Source: a virus. Taken from it: a DNA stretch of 64,000 nt. Made by a program: the position numbers and the translations under genes. Position 1 is the first letter of the stretch. Every line of letters starts with the position of its first letter. The notes under the pieces are model-generated. The model searched no databases and was not told where the DNA came from. It worked only from the letters and a program-made list of their open reading frames with translations. The DNA is taken from positions 1 through 64,000 of the IMG/VR virus record IMGVR_UViG_3300046534_001374, one strand, 5' to 3'. Shown here piece after piece: positions 1-10,167 of this stretch.

Positions 1-135
1 CAGCGAGTATCACCAGTGTATTTTGGTGGCATCGTAAGTGACCGTGAAATAAAAACACAAGCCCTCAAAAAACTATCAGAAACCGAAAAGAGGGTTTTGG
101 GGCTATCTTAAAAAATTAATCGAAACAATATTACA

Positions 136-849
136 ATGAAATTTTTATGCAAATATCTGGGAGGTTCACACCTATACTCCCTCAACACTCCCGCCTCCGA
201 TTTGGATGAGCGAGGAGTTTATCTCACATCTGATCTGAGTTCATTTTTTGGATTCAAGAAAGATGAATCCAAAGTTAAAACTTCAGAGACAGAAGATTAT
301 TCTTTCTATGAATTTAAATACTTTCTTCAGCTTCTGAAGAAAACCAACACCAATAGTTTGGAATGTCTCTTTGCGCCTCGCGAAGCTTTCTCAGAATACT
401 CTGAGGTTTTCGGATCGCTACAACGTAACAAACATTGGTTTGTTAACAGTAGTAAACTATTAGCTAGCCTTAGAGGTTATACTCATAACGAATCTCGTTT
501 GGCTCTTGGTGAAAGAACTGGTAAGCTTGGCGGTAAGCGAAAAGCTTGCTTGGTTGAATATGGCTTCTCACCTAAAAACGTAAGTCATATGGTTCGACTC
601 GCTTATTGTGCTGGAACCTTTTTCGAGACAGGACACTATCCAGTAGACTTGCTCGGAACTCCAGTTCATGCTCTGTGCTTGGAACTAAAAACCAATCCTG
701 AGAACTTTACAGTAGAACAAGTGACAAAGTTGTGCAAAGAACAGGTAGACGTTGTGGAAGGACTTGTGGACAAGCAAGGATTCACCTTCGACGATGGTTT
801 AGCCTCACGATGGCTTCTTGAAGCGTATCAAGAACTACTTGACTCTTAA
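136..849 (+). CDS. Nucleotidyltransferase, Pol-beta superfamily (RlaP/Nuc-transf-like)
   Basis: N-terminal GGSHLYSLNTPASDLDERGV (GS...DxD) motif; helical C-terminus with KNVSHMVRL. Confidence 0.85.
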   Translation: MKFLCKYLGGSHLYSLNTPASDLDERGVYLTSDLSSFFGFKKDESKVKTSETEDYSFYEFKYFLQLLKKTNTNSLECLFAPREAFSEYSEVFGSLQRNKHWFVNSSKLLASLRGYTHNESRLALGERTGKLGGKRKACLVEYGFSPKNVSHMVRLAYCAGTFFETGHYPVDLLGTPVHALCLELKTNPENFTVEQVTKLCKEQVDVVEGLVDKQGFTFDDGLASRWLLEAYQELLDS

Positions 850-910
850 TATGAAATAGACGCAGAAAGATCTTGACTTAAATTAACATTTGGGTTAAGA
901 TCTTTTTGTT

Positions 911-1117
911 ATGAAATCTAAAGACTTCAAATGGTTTGAAACCCAAGGCAAAAAAGGAGAGCTATTCTCTAGTGCCAAAAATATCGAAGAAAAAAAGCAT
1001 CGTTTGAAGTGGCTCAGTGAAGGTTCTTTGGAATATCACTTGACAAAATTCCAGAGTGATCCACCACCATGCCAAAAGGAAATTAATCTATATGATGCGT
1101 TCGTAAAACAACTTTAA
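911..1117 (+). CDS. Hypothetical protein
   Basis: 68-aa ORF with upstream TTGACT-17-TAAGAT promoter-like sequence. Confidence 0.6.
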   Translation: MKSKDFKWFETQGKKGELFSSAKNIEEKKHRLKWLSEGSLEYHLTKFQSDPPPCQKEINLYDAFVKQL

Positions 1118-1731
1118 TAGATCCAGTCATTGTCATCAGTGAAGTTAACCTTCAATGCTCTCAATGCTAATCTAATTTCTTCCAAACATTCAGTATCGGC
1201 TCCACCGGAAACACTAAGTTGTTTTCCGTGGAGTCGATCTTTTTGTAGATCGAACATTAGATCGGGAATATTAATCATGTCTTCGTTGTCTTGCAGGAAG
1301 TCAATAATTTCATCGCAGTTCTCATAACCAGTTTTGATCTCTTCGAAGTGCTCATCTTCCAATGAGCGGGAATCGTAAATTTCTCTCTCAAACATAAACT
1401 GGATAATGTCAACTAAACAGTTCTCAATCCCTTCATCCATACAAGCTCTAAAAAAGGCATAACCCTTCTCCCTGTATTCGAATTTGGAATCAAAGATTAT
1501 TTCTTCAGGGACACCTTCATCATATAACCAATTTTTGTGTTCGTCGGCAGAGGGAAATCCCAACTCTTCTCCATTTATATAAACGATAACTTCCTCGAAA
1601 GTATCGTTCAACCATTCGTAGTATGATACGATATCAAAAGGGAATTCATAAGCAGGTTGAACGTCAACACTGATATGTGTTTTGCCGCTCGACTCTGTTA
1701 ATAGTTTGAAATAGTCTTTGAAATTTCCCAT
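1114..1731 (-). CDS. Isochorismatase/cysteine-hydrolase-like protein with putative capsid-targeting N-terminus
   Basis: HISVDVQPAY and VSGGADTECL match the DxQ...G...C pattern; start reassigned to MGNFKDYFKLLTE at 1731, after TAATTA-N5. Confidence 0.55.
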   Translation of the reverse strand: MGNFKDYFKLLTESSGKTHISVDVQPAYEFPFDIVSYYEWLNDTFEEVIVYINGEELGFPSADEHKNWLYDEGVPEEIIFDSKFEYREKGYAFFRACMDEGIENCLVDIIQFMFEREIYDSRSLEDEHFEEIKTGYENCDEIIDFLQDNEDMINIPDLMFDLQKDRLHGKQLSVSGGADTECLEEIRLALRALKVNFTDDNDWIY

Positions 1732-1743
1732 AACATTAATTAT

Positions 1744-1772
1744 AAAAAGGAGGCTCAAACGAGCCTCCTTTT
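1744..1772. terminator. Intrinsic terminator (bidirectional form)
   Basis: AAAAAGGAGGCTC-AAAC-GAGCCTCCTTTT hairpin flanked by A and T runs. Confidence 0.85.
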
Positions 1773-1796
1773 GCGTTAGGTTAATAGTGGTTTTAA

Positions 1797-2126
1797 TTAG
1801 GCTTTGAGAATCTTAACGATCTCAAAGATTGCAGAACCAGCCTTAAGAGCATGTTCTGCAACGTCAATATACTTTCCACCCGCAATCTCACCAACGATAC
1901 CCTTTACGGCATCGGCGATCTCAGCGATCTCAGCATCGTCAAGATCCTTGAGTTCTTCGGGGATAGATGCAATACCCTCAAGTGCGGGGGTAATGGCGGG
2001 GATGACTTGAATCAAAACTGCGAGATCAAGCGCATCTATTTTACCATCAGCATTAGCTTCGTTAAAAGCTTTTGCCAAAACCGCAATGAGACTGATCAAT
2101 TCTGTGGTATCTTTAATATCATTCAT
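1797..2126 (-). CDS. Hypothetical helical protein
   Basis: 109-aa ORF with late-type TAATTA motif upstream and terminator downstream. Confidence 0.7.
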   Translation of the reverse strand: MNDIKDTTELISLIAVLAKAFNEANADGKIDALDLAVLIQVIPAITPALEGIASIPEELKDLDDAEIAEIADAVKGIVGEIAGGKYIDVAEHALKAGSAIFEIVKILKA

Positions 2127-2194
2127 ATCACATATAATTAGTAAATTTCAATAAAATTTTATTGAAATTTACTAACAGGTTGATAAATAAAAAT

Positions 2195-2800
2195 ATGAAA
2201 TATTATGTAGTTTCGGTCCCTCGCAACGGAAGACTTGAAAACATAGAAAAACAAGAAACTGTGCTGGGGGAATCTATCATTAGGATTAATTCGTTTGATA
2301 AAAAGTTGATCCCTGAAGGCACTCTCTCGCACGAGGAGGGGTATTGGGGTTGTCCGATTTCCCTCGGGGAGAAGTGCTGCTACCACGGACATTTGATGGC
2401 TCTTAAACAGATTGTGGACAGTGGGGATTCTTATGGGGTGGTATTTGAGGATGACTTTAATATTCTTGATGTAAATAAATTAAAGAATTGCCTAGAGAAA
2501 ATACCAAAAGAGCTTGACCACTTACAACTCCACCGAATCGAATTTGTGAGAGAATGGACTAAGGTAGACAGCGAGTATTACAATGAAGATTTTGATTTTT
2601 GTAATGAGACCTCGCTTCTTCAACCAGCATATGTGATCTCATCAAGCTTGGCTGCGTATATTCTTAAAGAAGAGGGTATTAACAAAATCCCATACGATCA
2701 CTTACATATCCAAATCAGCCGAGATACCAGCTTTAATTATTTTGAAGTTAAAGAGAGTGTTGTGGAAACAGTAAACTTAGCCAGTATTATCAATGAATAA
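2195..2800 (+). CDS. Glycosyltransferase family 25
   Basis: YVVS...R, GEKCCYHGH and VVFEDD motifs. Confidence 0.85.
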   Translation: MKYYVVSVPRNGRLENIEKQETVLGESIIRINSFDKKLIPEGTLSHEEGYWGCPISLGEKCCYHGHLMALKQIVDSGDSYGVVFEDDFNILDVNKLKNCLEKIPKELDHLQLHRIEFVREWTKVDSEYYNEDFDFCNETSLLQPAYVISSSLAAYILKEEGINKIPYDHLHIQISRDTSFNYFEVKESVVETVNLASIINE

Positions 2801-3374
2801 CAAAGAAGAATTATTGGATCTTATTCAGATAGGTGCTCATATCGGAGATGATCACGTTTCATCACTCATCTCTCGAAATCTGGTCAGTCGTTGTCTTCTG
2901 TTCGAACCGATTGGGAATCTATTCATATGTTGTGAAGGATTCTATAAAGATAACCCGAACATAAAAGTAGTCCAAAAAGCTATAGTTTGTGATGATACTA
3001 ATTCTTGCACGATGTTTTTGCCGATAGACTCAGAAATTAGCTGGAGCAACCAATTAGCTTCTATTTATGAAGAACATGCTGCAACATTCGGAATTACTGA
3101 AATTGAAAAACAGGTTGTAGACGCACTTGATGCTTCTCTACTACCCGACGCAAAATATCTTTATATTGATACGGAGGGTTATGACTATGATATCATAAGA
3201 AAATATCTATCGTCTAGGACATTTAGACCACAAGAAATTTACTTTGAACATGAACACATCAAGGAACCAAACTATCGCCAAATCATAGCACAGTTTGGTT
3301 ATACTGTAAAAAACATCGATCATTTAAATACACTAGCTGTTCGTGATGATATCACACATTCCATCTTTTCCTAA
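2793..3374 (+). CDS. FkbM-family methyltransferase
   Basis: IQIGAHIG, LFEP and YIDTEGYD motifs. Confidence 0.85.
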   Translation: MNNKEELLDLIQIGAHIGDDHVSSLISRNLVSRCLLFEPIGNLFICCEGFYKDNPNIKVVQKAIVCDDTNSCTMFLPIDSEISWSNQLASIYEEHAATFGITEIEKQVVDALDASLLPDAKYLYIDTEGYDYDIIRKYLSSRTFRPQEIYFEHEHIKEPNYRQIIAQFGYTVKNIDHLNTLAVRDDITHSIFS

Positions 3375-4074
3375 ATGGCTCTAGTTTAAATTCAAACGGT
3401 CCGGCAAAATGGTTAAAAATACCCAAGCTACAATTGCCCTCGGAAAGAACTATATTATTCCACATAGTCCCTAGCTCTCGATACCGCATACCCTCTTCTA
3501 GAACTGATTTGATTACTAGAAAATTGAAATATCCTTGCTCATAATTGGAGCCTCGTAGTGATTCTATCGGGGGATGTTGAATTGCAACACCCAAGATTGC
3601 TTTGGCGGCTTTTTTATTTAAAACTAATACTCCAGAATTAAAGTAACTATAAAAATGCGGACACTCCAGTTGGTAATGTTTAAGTATTTCACCCCTAAAA
3701 TCCTGAATCCACTCTTCATGCATACAAAAATCACCAACAGCCATGAAGTCTACATTTTGTTTGTGGAACCAGTAGAATATATTGTTCTCGTTTGGTAGGC
3801 CGTCTATTGAAGACTTCTTATTGAAGAAAATGTCAGTATCAATATATAAGAGATTGTCATACTCTTCAAATTGCGGGTCTTCCACAAAGCTTTTAATTAA
3901 AGAAATCTTCTTCCAGTGTGGGGTAGCCCCCTCAAATTGAATTTCTTCGGTCTTATACTCTATAATCGGGCGGCCTATTTGTTGGGCATATTGTTTAATA
4001 GAATTAATACAAGTTCGCCTAAATTTAGTTTGGGTCGGATAATCGTTAATTATCGCTATAACATCTTTACTCAT
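3352..4074 (-). CDS. GT-A glycosyltransferase (GT8/GT34-like)
   Basis: YIDTD, YFNSGVL, EQGYFN, WN and HFAG motifs. Confidence 0.8.
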   Translation of the reverse strand: MSKDVIAIINDYPTQTKFRRTCINSIKQYAQQIGRPIIEYKTEEIQFEGATPHWKKISLIKSFVEDPQFEEYDNLLYIDTDIFFNKKSSIDGLPNENNIFYWFHKQNVDFMAVGDFCMHEEWIQDFRGEILKHYQLECPHFYSYFNSGVLVLNKKAAKAILGVAIQHPPIESLRGSNYEQGYFNFLVIKSVLEEGMRYRELGTMWNNIVLSEGNCSLGIFNHFAGPFEFKLEPFRKRWNV

Positions 4075-4075
4075 T

Positions 4076-4747
4076 TTAATCTTTTTCGTTAGTATTATTT
4101 AAGTCTTGTTCAATAATAAAGTTCAATAAATCCAACTTATGTTCAAACGGAACCCCCGCAGCATGAATCGCATATGGGTCACTACAAAGATCTTCAATAT
4201 CAATAGACCCTCCAATCATAGTATTGTAGTTTACTGGCAATAGTTTTAACTCTACGCCTGAGTTCTGAACTGCATAGTTAACCGCCGATTGCTCTCCAAA
4301 GTCCGAGAAGTCTTCAGGTTTGGTTCTTAAATGCGTCAGAGCATCGTCGAAGATCTTTACATGACGGTGGTTGAAAATCATAAAGCCTCCGTTGAAATAT
4401 TTGGAGGTATCCATGCCCAATCTTTTACAATCTTTATATGAAAAGGCATCGGGCCAAGTTTCGCAATTATACGGATGGCCGTCACAATCTTTAACTGCGA
4501 TAAATTCCTCTTTATCATCGAAAGGCGAGAGATCAACATCTTTCATAAACCAAAGGTCTGCATCGAAAAATACAACCGACCCTTTTTTAGGAATACTAGA
4601 TAATTGTAACTTGGCAGTATAATTTCGTTCGTGTGTTGTATGCAACACAAAACAGTTGAGACCTGTGTGCCGCATAAATCGTTTTCGCGCTTCTTCCGCA
4701 ATCCCCGAATTACTATAATTGGGTGAAGAGATGGTGATACCTATCAT
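4076..4747 (-). CDS. Glycosyltransferase family 8-like
   Basis: FFDAD, YFNGGF, EQSAVN, YN and IHAAG motifs. Confidence 0.85.
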   Translation of the reverse strand: MIGITISSPNYSNSGIAEEARKRFMRHTGLNCFVLHTTHERNYTAKLQLSSIPKKGSVVFFDADLWFMKDVDLSPFDDKEEFIAVKDCDGHPYNCETWPDAFSYKDCKRLGMDTSKYFNGGFMIFNHRHVKIFDDALTHLRTKPEDFSDFGEQSAVNYAVQNSGVELKLLPVNYNTMIGGSIDIEDLCSDPYAIHAAGVPFEHKLDLLNFIIEQDLNNTNEKD

Positions 4748-4783
4748 TGGTATTAATTACCACACAACCACCGCAAAGCAAGC

Positions 4784-5503
4784 TTAAATTCCTATATCAT
4801 CGTCAATTAATGGTAGGTATCCTTCATCATTAATGTAACAATTTTCCACGGGGTCGCAAACACTCCAATCAATCTCAAAACACTCCTCACAGGTTCTTTC
4901 TAATACAGCAGTGATGCTCTTCTCTGAAGGGTAGTCGTCATAATATCCAAAACAAAAACTATCGCGCCAGCCGCAAAGCTGTCCATTGACGAATACCTTA
5001 GAAGGATTGTTTAATATAACTACGCCCTCTTTGAAATCAAATGTTTCGTCTGTCGTGAAATAATGTCGCGGTAAACAATGCTGAAATGGTGTTTCTGGTA
5101 GATCCTCTACAGGCGGGGAAACCGTATTGTCTACAGATAGCTTGACTCTGATAGGGGGAGGGCAATTAGTGGTAACATAAACTTTAAAGTTCATACCGTC
5201 ATCGACAGAAGCAAATCCATCCTCGGGATACTCTTCAAATTTGATAGAGTCTGTAACGTATGGCTTTACTGCCACTACAATGCAGTCTAAGACCTCATTG
5301 GCATTTTCCTCACAAGTCCTAAGACAAGCTTTAAAAGTGCCGTAGGTGTCGTATGTGTGTGAAATAACACTACGGCTATCAACCATTGCCGTATTACCAT
5401 CCCCGAAATCTAGTAGAGTCTGTGGCGGATTATCACCGCTTATTTTAAAACAAAAAGAGTCTAACTTTGCGTATCCTATTTGATTGTCGATTCTGAGTGG
5501 CAT
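4784..5503 (-). CDS. PKD-domain putative virion protein
   Basis: LDFGDGN...SHTYDTYGTF PKD signature; downstream of baseplate gene. Confidence 0.7.
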   Translation of the reverse strand: MPLRIDNQIGYAKLDSFCFKISGDNPPQTLLDFGDGNTAMVDSRSVISHTYDTYGTFKACLRTCEENANEVLDCIVVAVKPYVTDSIKFEEYPEDGFASVDDGMNFKVYVTTNCPPPIRVKLSVDNTVSPPVEDLPETPFQHCLPRHYFTTDETFDFKEGVVILNNPSKVFVNGQLCGWRDSFCFGYYDDYPSEKSITAVLERTCEECFEIDWSVCDPVENCYINDEGYLPLIDDDIGI

Positions 5504-5508
5504 ATTAT

Positions 5509-7278
5509 TTATGATGAGTATTCACGGAGATCTTTGATTTTCAAATCAGATTTCCAGTTTAGTTTATTTATAATATTGGTAACAGGAACATTTTGTTCCA
5601 CAACATCAAAAACCTCTTCACTGATTTTTAATTGATCTTCTGGGTCTTCAAACCCACTATTAATTAGGTTTACATTGAACCGAGAAGATTTAAATCCGGT
5701 GGGTCTAAACATATAGAATAGATCGATATCTTCTTTGAAAGAGACGGGGTATTTAGTGGGAAGCTCCATTTTGATTGGGCCCAATATTCTTTTCTTTTGT
5801 GAAAATGTATTAAATGATTTGGATAGAGCTAAATTATCAATAACGCCTTTAAAGAAAACCGGATCTTCGATACCTAGCTCTTCCTTCTTCGCTCTGAAGT
5901 TTCCACTGTCAGCACCAATCAAAGTAGGTCTGCTGTTTTCATCGTCGTAAAATATAACACCGGATTGTTCGAAAGAATCAACAACATTACCGTTTAAAAA
6001 TAATTTACCTTGTCCGTCCAGACCGTTATACAGAAACTTGAAATTATGTGTTCCTGTTAGAGAGGTTACATCGTGTGATAAGGTTCTATATTTCACATTA
6101 CCATCACAAGCATCCACAATAGCGACTCTAGCTACAATCCTAGAATCATTATTGTTTGCACAGTTAACACTGTAGGTTTTTTTGTGTCTGAATGAAGTAA
6201 AATCACCGTTTGCACAAAATCTTACATTCTCAAATGAAGTCTCGGGATATCTTTCAACATCCAACAAATTAGTCAACAAGATACAATCAATAATGTCGGC
6301 ATTGCCATTTAATTTCAGAGCATAGTTGGATTCTTCTAATACAACCCAAGTATATTCTTCATAACCATCTATAGTAAGTTTTCTGGTGAACGATATACTA
6401 ACTCCTTTTTTAGTATTATCGCATGGATCGGTAATACACGGTTTAATGTTATGAAATTCTTTGTTAAATATAACCCTACCCCGTTTATCCATTTTGATAA
6501 GCTTATTCCCTTGGTATACTATCCATATATCATCATTAACATCAATTCCGAAAGTATCCGTTTTAATACTGGCAAAGAAAAACCCATTACCATTCTTATA
6601 GATGGTATTTCCGAATAAGTTATAATGATTGTCTTCGCAATCTGTCAACATAGGCGTTCCTTTATTGGAGTAAAATGATTTTATCTCATCCTGACTAGTG
6701 ATTACAAAATTGGTATGGCCACTTTGACTTAATGCAATAGTAGAAACATATGAACCTGCATTTGTATATTTTAATATGTGATCTTCCGCCAAATTTAGGA
6801 AATATACGTCACCAACGCTATCGATGTTAATGGTAATGATTTCAAACAACTCCCCAACAAGGGTAAATTCTTTTACAAGAATATTATTAGTATCGAATCT
6901 AAAAACTTTATTGTTACCTTGATCGTAATAATACTTGTTACCGAAATGGTCGATGGTTTGTGTCGAAATTTCTATAGGATTTTCTTGATCGGGAAAATCG
7001 CGTTGGGATAATAGTTTACCTTCTTGGTTGAAAAAGGATAAATGGTTATTCCCGCAATCGGTAATCGTCAGGTTCGAAATTTCTTCAAGTCCGTTTTGGT
7101 AGAACACCCCGTAACCTTGGTTATCGAAATTTCCAACAATCTGCGAACTATTGGGCTGATTCCAACTACGAAGTGTCAAATCGAAGTCAATACAAATCGT
7201 ATTGGTTGGATAGAAATCTTCATTGACAGGAAATCTAAGATAATTTCTTCCAGAAAGAATTAGGGTATTATTAGACAT
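5509..7278 (-). CDS. Putative virion protein with beta-propeller-like repeats and LamG-like segments
   Basis: Repeated IDxxGxxY blades; KLFLNG...LIG...FKGVIDNL LamG-like C-terminus. Confidence 0.6.
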   Translation of the reverse strand: MSNNTLILSGRNYLRFPVNEDFYPTNTICIDFDLTLRSWNQPNSSQIVGNFDNQGYGVFYQNGLEEISNLTITDCGNNHLSFFNQEGKLLSQRDFPDQENPIEISTQTIDHFGNKYYYDQGNNKVFRFDTNNILVKEFTLVGELFEIITINIDSVGDVYFLNLAEDHILKYTNAGSYVSTIALSQSGHTNFVITSQDEIKSFYSNKGTPMLTDCEDNHYNLFGNTIYKNGNGFFFASIKTDTFGIDVNDDIWIVYQGNKLIKMDKRGRVIFNKEFHNIKPCITDPCDNTKKGVSISFTRKLTIDGYEEYTWVVLEESNYALKLNGNADIIDCILLTNLLDVERYPETSFENVRFCANGDFTSFRHKKTYSVNCANNNDSRIVARVAIVDACDGNVKYRTLSHDVTSLTGTHNFKFLYNGLDGQGKLFLNGNVVDSFEQSGVIFYDDENSRPTLIGADSGNFRAKKEELGIEDPVFFKGVIDNLALSKSFNTFSQKKRILGPIKMELPTKYPVSFKEDIDLFYMFRPTGFKSSRFNVNLINSGFEDPEDQLKISEEVFDVVEQNVPVTNIINKLNWKSDLKIKDLREYSS

Positions 7279-8990
7279 TATTTAAAATTGATTTGATTAA
7301 GAATATCGTCCTTTACAAATCGAGGAACGAATATACCGGTAAATACATTGGTTGGCGGGGCGCTAGAGATCCTTTCGGGGTATGACGGATTCCATTCATA
7401 CAAACTTAATCCAGAATTTACAATATCGCCATTATATGTTTCGATTCCTCGAACTCCGTCTATGGAAAGTAATTTACTATTAATTTGCGAAACGTCTATT
7501 GTCTGGTTGAATAGTAACGACCTCTCCGCGAAGTATAATTCGATATTGTTGATAACTTCTAGTTTTAAATCTTCCTCACTTCTGTTTGTGTTTGGTGATT
7601 TGGTGATTGTTAGTCCACTACTCTGTAAGTCTGTGAAAAGGATAGAATCTATGGGTGTGGCAATACCAAAATTTATGATAATCGCATCCGATGGGATAAT
7701 CTCGGCAGATAGGGTTTTGGTTTTTTCCATCTTATCCACAATTAATTGCTTTTGGACGTTGGAAATATAATTTCCGTTTTTAGGAATTAGGAATAGGTAT
7801 ACGTTATTAAAATTTACAGAACTAGAGAAGTATATTTGATTAAACAATGCGCGATTTTCTTCGAAGGGTTTATCCAAGCCTAAGTTGGTATAATATTTAA
7901 TGTAGTTTTCAAGATACTCCTCATTTGAGAGTATTAACACATCCGAAACGAAGTGGGCGAAGTTATTCAAAACAAAACTCCGATAATCTTCTCCGGTGAC
8001 CAGCCTGTTTTGGGATTTAAACGTTGAAGGTGCATTTCTTCTGATCTCTGCAACAGTTTCAGGATCTGACTTGGGTGTGGATGTAGATGTGTTTGACCCA
8101 ACAAAAGAAGTCGCAAGATCGTTAAGGTATAGTGATTTGGTTGTATCCACTACATCCAAAAGAATAGAATTGAAACGGGTGGTGTTCAATCTACCTAAAG
8201 GTTCCGATTCGACCGCCCCCAACGCAATAACATCAATATCATTGTTTACCGAAAGATAATAAATCGCAATTTCGGAATTGGCTGGGGGGCTATAACCGTT
8301 AATACCATCGCCGAATGTTATATCATAAGAGCCTCTGTCGTTATAACGAGATTCGAAAGACTTATCACTACCACTAGAAAGGAATAGGCTATCAACCTGC
8401 TCAAATTCTTCCCATTGACCACTAGGTTCTTTAATATAGACATCGACACTATTATGATCGATTTTGTTGTCTCCACGAAAAATAGCATATTTCTGATTCT
8501 TTTCACCAGTAGCGGGAATTATAGGATATTCGACATAAGATCCGCCTCGAAATATTTGATCCTCAAACACCGTAGATTCGTGGGCGAACTCGTTAGTGAA
8601 CGTTAGGTCTCTATCCGTAGAGAACCGCCCCGAAGACGTTTCTATGGAGCTGTAGCGAGGAATAGAGTATGTTATAAAGCTTAGTGTTCTAGATGTAGCA
8701 ATATCCAAGAACATTGAAGACGATTGGTGTCCCACCGGATTATAACCAAGCATTTTAGTTTGGTTAATTAGTGATTCGACGGAATTGGTCTTTGTAAATG
8801 AACTATTAGCCGCAGTCCTATTTAATTGGAACATCAACAGCGAAAAAACCGAAGAAACTGCTTCGGACAAAATAGTTGCAGAAGAACCCCTTTGGGTTAC
8901 ATCGGGAAACTCAGCACTTAATTTTTGTTTTATAAGCCCATCGATGGAGCCTATATTGAATCTCAAATAATCTTGTGGATCGTCAGCCAT
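7278..8990 (-). CDS. Baseplate wedge subunit, T4 gp6-like
   Basis: KMLGYNP, ITFGDGING and ETVAEIRRNAP...SQNRLVTGEDY motifs. Confidence 0.9.
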   Translation of the reverse strand: MADDPQDYLRFNIGSIDGLIKQKLSAEFPDVTQRGSSATILSEAVSSVFSLLMFQLNRTAANSSFTKTNSVESLINQTKMLGYNPVGHQSSSMFLDIATSRTLSFITYSIPRYSSIETSSGRFSTDRDLTFTNEFAHESTVFEDQIFRGGSYVEYPIIPATGEKNQKYAIFRGDNKIDHNSVDVYIKEPSGQWEEFEQVDSLFLSSGSDKSFESRYNDRGSYDITFGDGINGYSPPANSEIAIYYLSVNNDIDVIALGAVESEPLGRLNTTRFNSILLDVVDTTKSLYLNDLATSFVGSNTSTSTPKSDPETVAEIRRNAPSTFKSQNRLVTGEDYRSFVLNNFAHFVSDVLILSNEEYLENYIKYYTNLGLDKPFEENRALFNQIYFSSSVNFNNVYLFLIPKNGNYISNVQKQLIVDKMEKTKTLSAEIIPSDAIIINFGIATPIDSILFTDLQSSGLTITKSPNTNRSEEDLKLEVINNIELYFAERSLLFNQTIDVSQINSKLLSIDGVRGIETYNGDIVNSGLSLYEWNPSYPERISSAPPTNVFTGIFVPRFVKDDILNQINFK

Positions 8991-9036
8991 AAAGTTAATT
9001 ATGGCTGACGTTTAAATTCACAAGAAATTTAATGGA

Positions 9037-9154
9037 TTAGAACAAGACGTGGGAGGACGACGATCTACCGCCAGCTTAGTTTGTTTTATATTAGATCGCG
9101 TTTAGATTCCGAACGGAGTTCGGTTTAGAACGCGCCTCCACTTTGACGTTGTCT
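9037..9154 (+). mobile_element. Integron attC site 1
   Basis: R'' TTAGAAC, L'' GTGGGAGG / L' CCTCCAC with one extrahelical G, R' GTTGTCT; central imperfect palindrome. Confidence 0.85.
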
Positions 9155-9170
9155 CAGAAATTAAAAATCT

Positions 9171-9416
9171 ATGTCACTAGAAACAAAAATAGCCGAATTT
9201 TCGGATCTCAAGGAGAGTATTAAAATTTCCAGAAAATCTTTAGGTGCTGCCCAAAAGTCAAAATACAATAACCTAAATCCCAAAGACTTGATGAAAGTAG
9301 TTAAAGCCATCAAATCTAATGAAAAGGAAATTATGGATTTTTATCGTGACTTGGTTTCTCTGGAGAACGAGATTCTTGATCTAATTGATTCTGAACAAGA
9401 TCAGAAAGAAGGTTAG
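9171..9416 (+). CDS. Cassette 1 coiled-coil hypothetical protein
   Basis: 81-aa ORF starting ~20 nt after the attC1 GTT, the usual cassette geometry. Confidence 0.6.
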   Translation: MSLETKIAEFSDLKESIKISRKSLGAAQKSKYNNLNPKDLMKVVKAIKSNEKEIMDFYRDLVSLENEILDLIDSEQDQKEG

Positions 9417-9498
9417 TTCTCTTCAACATATTGTCACACAAATCAATACCTGCTTTTGCAGAAGATCTTATTTCTTTGATTATTGCTTCTTGGCTCAT
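9331..9498 (-). CDS. Cassette 1 convergent small protein (55 aa, MSQEAIIKEI...)
   Basis: Manually translated ORF with upstream TTGACA and TAATTA motifs. Confidence 0.45.
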   Translation of the reverse strand: MSQEAIIKEIRSSAKAGIDLCDNMLKRTNLLSDLVQNQLDQESRSPEKPSHDKNP

Positions 9499-9545
9499 AT
9501 TTTTAATTAGTGGTCACATCAAACTTGTCAACTAAAAACTTGAAG

Positions 9546-9664
9546 AGACAACAAGGCGTGGGAGAGCGACGATCTACCGCTAGCTTAGTTTATGTTTATG
9601 TATTATCGCGTTTAGATTCCGAACGGAGTTCGGTTTAGATCGCGCCTCCACATTGACGTTCGCT
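9546..9664 (+). mobile_element. Integron attC site 2
   Basis: Close copy of attC1; R'' GAGACAAC is the exact reverse complement of GTTGTCTC at the start of cassette 1. Confidence 0.88.
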
Positions 9665-9688
9665 AGGAAACCCCAACCAACTAAACTC

Positions 9689-9829
9689 ATGCCAGAAAAA
9701 CCAAAACTAAAGGAGCGCACTCTTCGTGAGAATCTCGCAATCGTTAAGAAGCAAATACAAGATTTAGAGCAAGAAGATTACACCCCTAAAGAGTGGCTTG
9801 AATTGAATCAAGAACGTAAGTCTCATTAA
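9689..9829 (+). CDS. Cassette 2 small protein (46 aa, MPEKPKLKER...)
   Basis: Manually translated ORF just after attC2, convergent with 9826..10167. Confidence 0.45.
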   Translation: MPEKPKLKERTLRENLAIVKKQIQDLEQEDYTPKEWLELNQERKSH

Positions 9830-10167
9830 GTCGCTAGAGATCGAGAAGAGTAAGTAGCTGTGAATTCATCCACAGTCATCCCTTCTTTAGCAGCTAGATT
9901 CTTAGTGTGTTCATCCATCCATTCTCCGACTTTTTCGAGTTCATAGGAAGCATCAGTTCTAAGTTTATTAGATTCGTCACTCCCGTTGAATAGTGTTTCT
10001 TCGGGGATTGGATTGGTTAAGTTTTCAACCACTTCTAGTCGTTTAACTGCTAATCGGACATTATCTTTAAATGATAGCGAACAAGACGCAGTATCTAACT
10101 CACTACCGCTACCTTGGTTGGTTTCGGTTAAGTCATTAGTTGTTTGTTTATTATTTTTTGTATTCAT
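9826..10167 (-). CDS. Cassette 2 hypothetical protein that starts inside attC3
   Basis: 113-aa ORF; the N-terminal ~30 codons (…ELDTASCS) read through the bottom strand of attC3. Confidence 0.6.
   Translation of the reverse strand: MNTKNNKQTTNDLTETNQGSGSELDTASCSLSFKDNVRLAVKRLEVVENLTNPIPEETLFNGSDESNKLRTDASYELEKVGEWMDEHTKNLAAKEGMTVDEFTATYSSRSLAT

Noticed and set aside
9037-9664. The two ~118-bp repeats as a CRISPR array or transposon ends
   Set aside because: The repeats are too long, the spacing is ~500 bp with ORFs between, there is no cas or transposase gene, and attC architecture explains them.
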